Source: Lama guanicoe
Lineage: Eukaryota
Assembly: GCA_013239625.1 (NCBI GenBank)
Contig: MU053482.1
Span: forward strand, 4,911,775-4,975,774
Direction of reading: 5' to 3'
DNA: 64,000 nucleotides
Shown here one piece after another: positions 52,401 through 61,400 of the stretch (position 1 is the stretch's first letter; each line of letters opens with the position of its first letter). Both the position numbers and the translations under genes were made by a program. Under the pieces are notes generated by a model, which did no database searches, had not been told where the DNA came from, and saw nothing but the letters and a program-made list of their open reading frames with translations.

Positions 52401-55400
52401 TTGCAGCAAAAACCAAATTAGGACTTCTCCTTCTCCTGAATTCTAAGGAGGCAGGAAATCGCATCTAAAGAATTAGCTAGTTGGGAACCAGAGAGCAAAA
52501 CAAGACCCAACTTGGAAAAACCACACACCAATACACAATCAGAGAAGCATTCAGCGTTACCAACGGAGGAAAATGGTTAAGAAGCCATGACTTTAAAGAA
52601 TAGATTGTTCATTTATTCTGTTAGTTTCCATTGAGAAAAAAAGTTATAACCATTAAGTGACAGTTACTCTACTGTAGGCAGGGCCTAATTGTTGTCGGGC
52701 TAGGTGATTTGAACTTGACTGTGGGGGCGGTTATTGAAGCATTTCAATAGAGAGTGACAAAATTTGCTTTGCCTTTTTGAGAGTTCACTTAGGGAAAAGT
52801 GGGTCAATTTACAGGACTCTATTAATATAAAGTTGTTTTGTGTTGAGTTTCGGTTTTTTTCTTTCAGGGTGGGTAGATAATTAGGTTTATTTATGTATAT
52901 ATTTATTTTAATGGAGGGAACCCAGGACCTCATGCATGCTAAGCATGCACTCTACCCCTGAGATCTACCCTCCCCACCTGAGCAAGAGGAATCCTTGCGT
53001 TTTGTCTGGGAAAGAGCAGGATATGAGGACATAGGAGCAAATGAAGAACCAGGTAACAGTGGCCACAAACAAGCAGGGGTGGCCGTGCGGGTTAGGTAAC
53101 TGAGCTATTCTATATTCCCAGTCAGAAGCTGCCAGCCTTCTGGCCACCAGTCTGGCTGCATCCTGGTTCCAGATAAGGGAGTCACATCCCTTCCCTGGAA
53201 GGGCTTTCAGTTCAACAGCAGCCCTGGGACCAGCTGGAGATGTGGCTGAGCAAACCATCTGTGTGGGTACAGAGTCTCCAGTCTTCCCAAGCAAGTACTG
53301 ATGATCCAGCCGCTATGTGACCTTTCTGTTTACATACAGACAAAAAAAATATAATTTTTAAAGAGTTTTTATTAATCTCAAGTGAAGTTACCAGATAAAG
53401 TTCAGCCACAGGTAATCAAGTCAGGGGTTATTCTCTAGCTGAATGTTAAAGATGTACAGAAAATATGCCCCATAGAACTGCAGAGCTAGACCCTGAAAGG
53501 AACAACGTGGTGGTAACAATGGTATGGTTTACTGAATGTTTACTAGTACCAAGCACCATGCTAAGCATTTTACATGCATCATCTCATTTAATTCCCATAA
53601 CCAATTTATGCGGCAGGGACTATGATCATTCCCATTTTTCACAGGAGACTGAGGCAGAGAGATGTGGGGTTAGTAGACTAAGGTCACACATTTGTTAAGT
53701 GGGAGGGACAGGTCTGATCTCACAGCCCATGCCCTCTGCCACTTCACCCTGTTGCATCTACAGTGAAGGGTAATGCGGGTTGAGACTTCTTTAGGACCTA
53801 CAAGGAAGCTATCTGATGGGTAGCAGTGAAGTGATGGAAAGCTCAGTACATCGTTGGGGTTGAGAGCAAAGCAAGTCTGGGCTCAGCATGGTCTGTCTGC
53901 ACCCAGTGCTTTGGGAAAGCAGATTCCCTAGAAACCTGCACTTGATTCCATGTTCAAAGATCCCCCTCAAATGATTTTGACTATTGAGGAAAGGGAGACT
54001 CTGAAAAAAAAATGAACTGTAGGCTATAAAACTGAGAATTAATCAATTCAAAAAAGTAAATTAAATTGATTGATTCAGTTCAACCTGTGTTTGTTGAGTC
54101 CAGCATCAGTAGAAATCAATGAGGCTAAGCAGGGAACTCCCTAATGGACCAGATTTTAGAAAGACACACAAGAAGGATTGGAAAAGGGACACATAATGCA
54201 GAATAAAAGTCTGGCTCCAACCTGTACGTATAATGTAACAAAGAGGGTGAATCTGAAAGACAACAACAAAAAATCCTCTAAAGACAGCAAAATAGTATTG
54301 TTTCTTTTGGATTGAGAACAAGGCAAGGGTAGACTCAGTGCTGAGGCAGATGGTATAATGTTACATGATTGGGGAAAGTGAGGACTTGCTGCTCTCAGCT
54401 TTTCTGTTTTCTTTATCAAGGAAAATGGTCCTCAGTCTAGCAATGTTAAGCAAATATCAAGACGAGGAAATTGAATCTGGACAGGTGAGAAAAATGGGGG
54501 AGCAATGAATTCAGGTTTCTAAGCCCAGTGAAAGATGACGAGTACATACATAGAGCAGAGTCTTAGACACAGCAAGACTCAGTCAGAATCTGTTGAATGA
54601 ACTGAATTAACCCCATCATGTTGAAATAACTTGCCTATACACCCTCAGTCTTTGAGAACTCAGGAGGAAATCCAGAACCAAAAGACTAGAGACAAGTACA
54701 TTTTCTACTCTTCATGTGGGAAAGGAACATGAATTCTGATCCTTGTCAAAATTCTAGAAAGGATTATTACGGAAAGTGTGAACACTGAGAAAGAAATTGA
54801 GAGATTACTAGGGAACCATAGGTGTTTACTTAGAAGCTGTAAAAAAACAAATGTTATTTCCTTTTCTGGGTGGAGTTGTAAGGTTTGTAGTGCCAATTAT
54901 CACGGTAAATATTGTGAAGATTGGTTTCAGGAAATTATTTTGATGTTAAAGTTTCTTACAAGAGCCAGACAAGATACAGAAATGTGGGCTGGATGATACC
55001 AGTTGGGTGCCATGCATTTAAAGTTTATAGAACAGTCTCATTCCAAGGCTGAGAAAGGTGCCTAATGGGGCTTGATGGCTCTGTTCCTGGTCCAGACCCA
55101 TCTGATGTTTTGTTTTCCAATATTGTACAAAGGTCTGGGATGCCCTTTTATTCAATTCCACGAAAATCCCAAATCTAGGAGAAATATGTCAGATGGATAA
55201 CATATTCCAAAGACTTCCCCTTGATGGAACAAAATAAATAAGAAGATATTTAACAAGACACAGAAAGAAAGTCTTGAATTAGGTTAAGAAAAAGATCAAT
55301 GGCAGAAACAGAACATAAAGTCCTCAGACTTCACCACCACTGGTGTGGTAAGACCAGATTTGATTGCAAGTTAGCAAGAACCAGGTGAAGACAGGCTGCT

Positions 55401-58400
55401 AGAAGGACTTCTGGGTGGTGGGTATAGCTCAGTGGTAGATTGCACGCCTAGCATGCAAGAGGTCCTGGGTTCAATCCCCAGTACCTCCATTAAAAAAAAA
55501 ATTTTAAAAGAAATTTTCAAAAAAAAAAGAGGGGGACTTCTTCAATTGCAGGGCACAGGGTGAAGGTGTGGAGGGTCGCTCCACTCTGGGCTGTTGATAT
55601 TTTGTTTGATTCTGGACTCTCCTTAAAAATGTGTCCTGGGAAATTAGAGGGCAGGTAGAGGTGGGAGGCCCTTTTATGACAAAAATCATAAAAGACCTGG
55701 GGGTACTGACTCTGAAATGAGAACACTTCAGTGGGTCATAAGATCTGTCTTCAAATAACTGAATATCTTTCATGTAAAATATATAGTTATGTGTTCTCTA
55801 TTTTTCTCCAGAGGGCAAAACTGAACTCACTGGCTAGCGGCCAACCCATTGAAGACCAATAGAAAGAAGTTTTCAGTACTTGAGAGTACACAGCCCTGCA
55901 GTGGGCTTCTTGGACAGCAGAGAATTTTGCCATCCATGGAGAGTTACAGTAGAGGCTGGAGCGGGAGGGAGGTCGAGGGAATGCCTACGTGCCTCCACGG
56001 CTGGAAGAGAGGACCTCTAAGTGTCCTTTCATCACATATATTATACGACTTGAATGGTGGCCATTACTGCTTGTTGACCTTATACTATGTGCCAGGGCTG
56101 GCTTAAGGTCTTTATGTGCACAGTCCCACTGCATCTTTATAACAGATGGGGAGACCGAGGCTCAGGGAGGCTGTCGAGTGCTCAAGCCCACACAGTTACA
56201 TGTCCAAGAATAGAAGATTGATTCCAAGTCTGAGTTTGAAGTATATGCTCTTAAATTCTATGATGTATATGATCTGCAGTCTGTTTACTTCATTCTTTCA
56301 TTCAACAACGAAAGCCCCAGGATGCCTTGTTTTTCACCTCTTCCTCTCCCTGGAAAACTCTCACTCATCCACTTAGACTGAGCTCACCTTCTGTCTCCTC
56401 TCTGAGGCTTCCCCCACCTCCTCCACACAAGACGAATTGCTCCCCTCCTGTGTTACATGGCAGGGGGTGCCTGGTGTCCTATTCGATTGTGCAGTGTTGG
56501 TTCCCCCACTGGATGGCAAGCTCCCAGTTTCCTGAAGAGCTGGAATGGTGCTTATTCATCCCTGTCCCTCAGCACCACCAACAGTGCTTCAGTGTTGATA
56601 CTCAACATGGTTATAAGCTTGTCCATTCATCTAGCCATTCAAGAAACCTCAGAAAGACTATTTATTTCTCTCCCTGTTTTAATCCTTCCTGCGTGAAACT
56701 CCACATGTCATCCTCCTACTCAGCCATCTTCAATGTTCCTTTGTGTCTACAGCGTAAAGTTCAAGAGCCTTACATGATGGTCAGGGGCCTCTATGATGAG
56801 ACTGTCATACACTCTGAGTTCTCATCATCCACCCCCTCCATGTCCCCTTAGCCCCTCCCTGTCTCCATCACCTTCTATCCTCTCCTCTCCTCTTTGTTCA
56901 TATTGTTCCCTCTTCTTGGAAATGTCCTCTCCCATCCTCATTATTTCCTCTCAACTTGTTATCTGTTCTTAAACGTCCCAGTTCAAACATCACCTCCCTT
57001 GGGAAGCCCAACCTCACACCCTGACCAGGAAAACCCTCTCTTCTCTGTATTCCCAGAATCCTTTTTTGCTCCTTTGTTACAGGGACAGTTTTCTAACAGT
57101 CTGTTTTATTTTAGCTTTTTGGTGCAGCTGATCCAAAAGATTATCTACCAGTCCTCTTTTCAGCAGGCACTGTGCCTTACTATCTCCAAAATTCTAGTGA
57201 GGTGTAGCATTATCTCTCACTGGATTCCCAATACCTAAGGCAGTCCCTGACACCTATTCCATAAGTAAGTGTCATTGAATGGATGGATGGATAAATGTAT
57301 GAATGAATTCACCAGAAGTCAAGTTCTGCATTGTAGCCAGTTTGCATGTTAACTAAATACATAATCTGGGGCATTGCATATAAATTACTCCAGACCCCCA
57401 GTTTCCATATCAGTAAAAGGATGATCAAGGAGACTGGGGGAAAGGGAACTCATTTTTAGGGACGACTGTGCTGTGTGCCAGGCAATGTGCTAGGGGCATT
57501 ATTTACTTTACTTGCCTATGTGAGGGAGGGAGGAAAGAGGCAGGGAGAGAGGGAAGAAGGGAGGAGGTGGAGGGTGTGGTTACAAGCAGTGAAGAGCATG
57601 GGTTTAGGGGAAGGCTTGCCCTGGCTCTGCCACTTACTAACTGTGAGCTTGGGCAAGTATCTTAATCTTTTAAACTTCTGTTTCTTCAGCCGTCAGGTGG
57701 TGACAATATGGGAACCCACTGGTGAGTTTGTTGTGAGGATCCAATGAGACGTTGACTATAGGGCACTCAGCCCATCAACTGGCACGTAACTGCTGCGTTA
57801 CAACAGTAGCTCATTATTATTATATTACCTGTGTGTCTGCTCGTTCAGTTTAACCAATGAAGAAGCAGAGGTTCTGAGAGGTTAAACAACTTGCCCAAGG
57901 TCACACATATCTTCTGTCTGCTCTGTTTTCCTCTCCATGTGTGGGACCCTCCAGGATAAACCCTTTGAGAATAGCCATGAGCAACCCAGCCTGTGTTCTC
58001 ATTTCAGGGAGAATTACTAGAAAGCCCCCCCCATGTCGCTATTTCTCAAATATTCCCAGATTTTAACATTTTATTGTCTAAACATTTAGCATCTAACATT
58101 GAGTATCTTTAAGCAGTGCCAATTTTCTCATGGTACTTCTTTTTAATAAAGGAATAAAGGTCATAATCCTAGTTATAAGAATGTATGAGTATAACTTTCT
58201 CCCTCTGAGACCCAAAGCTCATAACATGTTTTTCCCCCATCATTTGGCTTTTCTTTGTGCAAAAAGTCAAAATGCCGACCACTGCTCCTCTATGACCAAA
58301 TGAGGGTGTGAGCTTCCCTGCCCCATGAAGGGAGCCACACCCCACCTGGGCACTCAGTAGGCTTTTGATTTGGAAGAAGAGAGGATGTAGTTACCAGGAG

Positions 58401-61400
58401 GGTTATGGGATTTTCTTTAGTGGCAGATGTGATGCACAAAGGTCAGGACATTAGCAAGGGTCTATGCCCCTTGGAGCTGGCTTAAGTATTCATGCCCTAG
58501 ATAATCCAAGAGGACCAGCCCTGGAGTAGGCACAGGTGAGTTTCATTTGTCACGCCCGTGACCTTGAGGCATCAACAGGCCGTCAGGGGGCTGCCACCTG
58601 CAGAGCCATTTTTGCTACAAACATGGCCCCCTAAAGCTGTTCCAAAGCAGTTTGATCATGGGAAGAGAAATGCCAATCTAACCCATTTGTTGTTGATTTC
58701 TTAAGCAGATTCAGGCACACAGGATGAATCCCAGCTTTTGCAGGGATGGTTTAAGCTGGTTCTGGAGAAGAATAAATTAATGCGATATGAGTCGGAGCTA
58801 CTGATCATGTAAGTAAGGCAACACAGTGAGTCCTAAAAGCAAAGGGGGTGGGAGTGGGGTGGCCCACCCTCCTAGGTTGAAGTCCCAGGATTTTTTCTCC
58901 TTGTGCATACAGAATTGTGATTGAGACAGATTCATATTTGATGTCTTGCATATCATGCTGCCATTAGTGCAGAGAATCTTCAGTTGCCTGTTCTCTGCTG
59001 TGGAGTCCTATGGCTAAAATAATTTTGGGTAATGGGTCTGGAGCTGAAGGGCATTTGGGTAAGGCATTTTCAATCCATCCCCTCCCTGCCAGACTAGGGG
59101 TACCCACCCACAGTCACACACCTGCAATGGGGAAGCCTTCCTTGTGGCTTGAATGGATTGAAGGTAGAGACCTGTCTGGCTGTCCTCTGAATGAGAGGTT
59201 GCAGTCTGGTTGGGAGATCAGAAAGTAGAGATGGGTCTCACTGCACTCTGAAGAAGTTGAAGGTCACTATGCCTGTCACCGTTCTGGAGGGAAAGAAAGT
59301 ACCACTTTATACAAACCGACTAAGCACCACAGGTTGTGCTGGGGGTTTCACTTACGCTGACTCATTGCACTTTCACCCCAATCCTGGGAGACAGTTCTGA
59401 GTCTCTGAAGGGGTCTAATACTTTCTATTCCTCATCTCTGCCTGGGTTCTGAACCAGGTGACAAATAAGACAACCAGTGGAGGCGACAGACAGAGCAGCA
59501 CAATGGAGCGTTTGCTGCTGACAAGGCTAGCTTGGCCACGTGCAGGAGCCCAGGTGGGCTTGCTGGCTGCACTCACTTCTCAGGGCTGGCGTAACAAGTG
59601 AGCACAAGAGAGGCGGCTCACGGCAACGGAAGTGGGTTCTCTCGTGATTCTGGAAGACAGTCTGAAACGAAGGTGACAGGAGGGCTACGTTCCCTCGCAG
59701 GATCTAGTGGAAAATCCTTCCCCACTTCTTCCAGCTTCAGGTGGCTCCAGGCATCTCTTGACTCATGGCTGCATCACTCCAATCTCTGCCTTTGTCTTCA
59801 CCCAGCCTTCTCTGTATGTCTGTCTTCTCTTCGGTCTCTTGTAAGGACACCTACCATTGGGTTTGGAACCCACCAGGATAATCCAGAATATTTTCATCTC
59901 AAGATTCTTAACTTACTTACATCTGCAGTGACCCTTTTTCAAGTAAGATCACGTCCATAGGTTCCAGGGGTTAGGATGTGGACATACCTTTTGGGGGTTC
60001 ACCGTGCAACCTACTGCACTAACCAAACCCCAGAATTAGACACACTCATCTACCTACTCCCAAAAGGTAGTGAACCACTTGTCTCTTATTAGGGGCAAGG
60101 CTATTACCCTAGACCAGTGGATCTCAAATGGGGGCAACTTCCCCCGCCTCCTCCTTCCAGAGATGTTCAGTGACATCTGAAGACATTTCTGTTTATTGCA
60201 ACTGGAAGGTGCTACTGGTATTGGTATCTAGTGAGCAGAGGCCAAGGGTGCTACTAAACTTTCTACAATGCACAGGACACCCCCTCTTCCCCCACCAACA
60301 AAGAATTTTCCAGCCCCAAATGTCAACTGTGTCAGGTTACTCTGGCAAGGCTCAGAGTAACTGAGAACACAAGTTTGCTGCAGGCAGGCTGATGCCAGGA
60401 AAGAAAGGGTATAAGCTGAGTTCTTCCCAAAGTTACCTCCCCTGGGGTGAGAATGAGCATAGGAGTGAAGGCGGAGAGAGGAGGCCAGGAGTTATACCCA
60501 CTGAGCTCCACTGACATGGAGGAAAGTGCCAGGCATGGGGAAGCGGGGGGTCATCTGTGGGCATTATTTTTTCCCTCACAGTTTTTTAAATTGATGCACA
60601 TGCTGAGACTCAAAACATATAGTCCACATCCACCTGACTTCAAAGCCCTTTTTATACATCCATACCATTTGCCTTTGGGTGAGGTCTAAATTATAAAATG
60701 TATTCAACAAAAATGTATCAATAGCCTATAATGAAAAAGAATATGAAAAGGAATGTATGTATATGTATGCTGCCCAGGGATGGCGTGGCCTCGGCATGAC
60801 GATGAAGTGGATTCTGCTGTAGTGGTCAGCTCACTACACATGACACTCCTCCCACAAAGTTCTCTCTTAGAGGAAGATCTGAGTGGGGCACTTCCGTTGG
60901 CTACCAGAGTGGGCCAAGGGAGGTTCAGTGTCAATAACAAAAGGCAGAGTATCGAAGAAAGCATGGACTTGGCCCAAGTAGTAGTAGAAGTAGTGAAAAA
61001 AGGATGACAGCAACCCACAGGTGCAATCAAGTGCCCCGACACTGCAGCACAGACGTGTGCAGACTGCAGGTGGGGCTGGAAGGGAAGGCCCATGTCAAAC
61101 CCAGGGACCTATTCTCAGCCCTCACCCTCTTCAGTGTCTCCGGAGCAGTGAACACCTTTGACTTCTCTCCTCCCTCAAGACTTCCCTCTCTTGGTTTCTG
61201 TGATGCTGCATTTCCTGTTTTATCCTTCCAACCTTGCTTCTTCCCTGGCTCTACCTCTTTTGTTTGATTTCTAAATGTAGGCATTCCCAAGCTCCTGTCT
61301 TCCAACCCCTTTTTCCTCTATAGGCTTCCTTTTAGGGATCACGTGACTTCACCTATCCCCTTAGACCCCTGCCACATGTATTCATGGCCCTCATTTCTGC

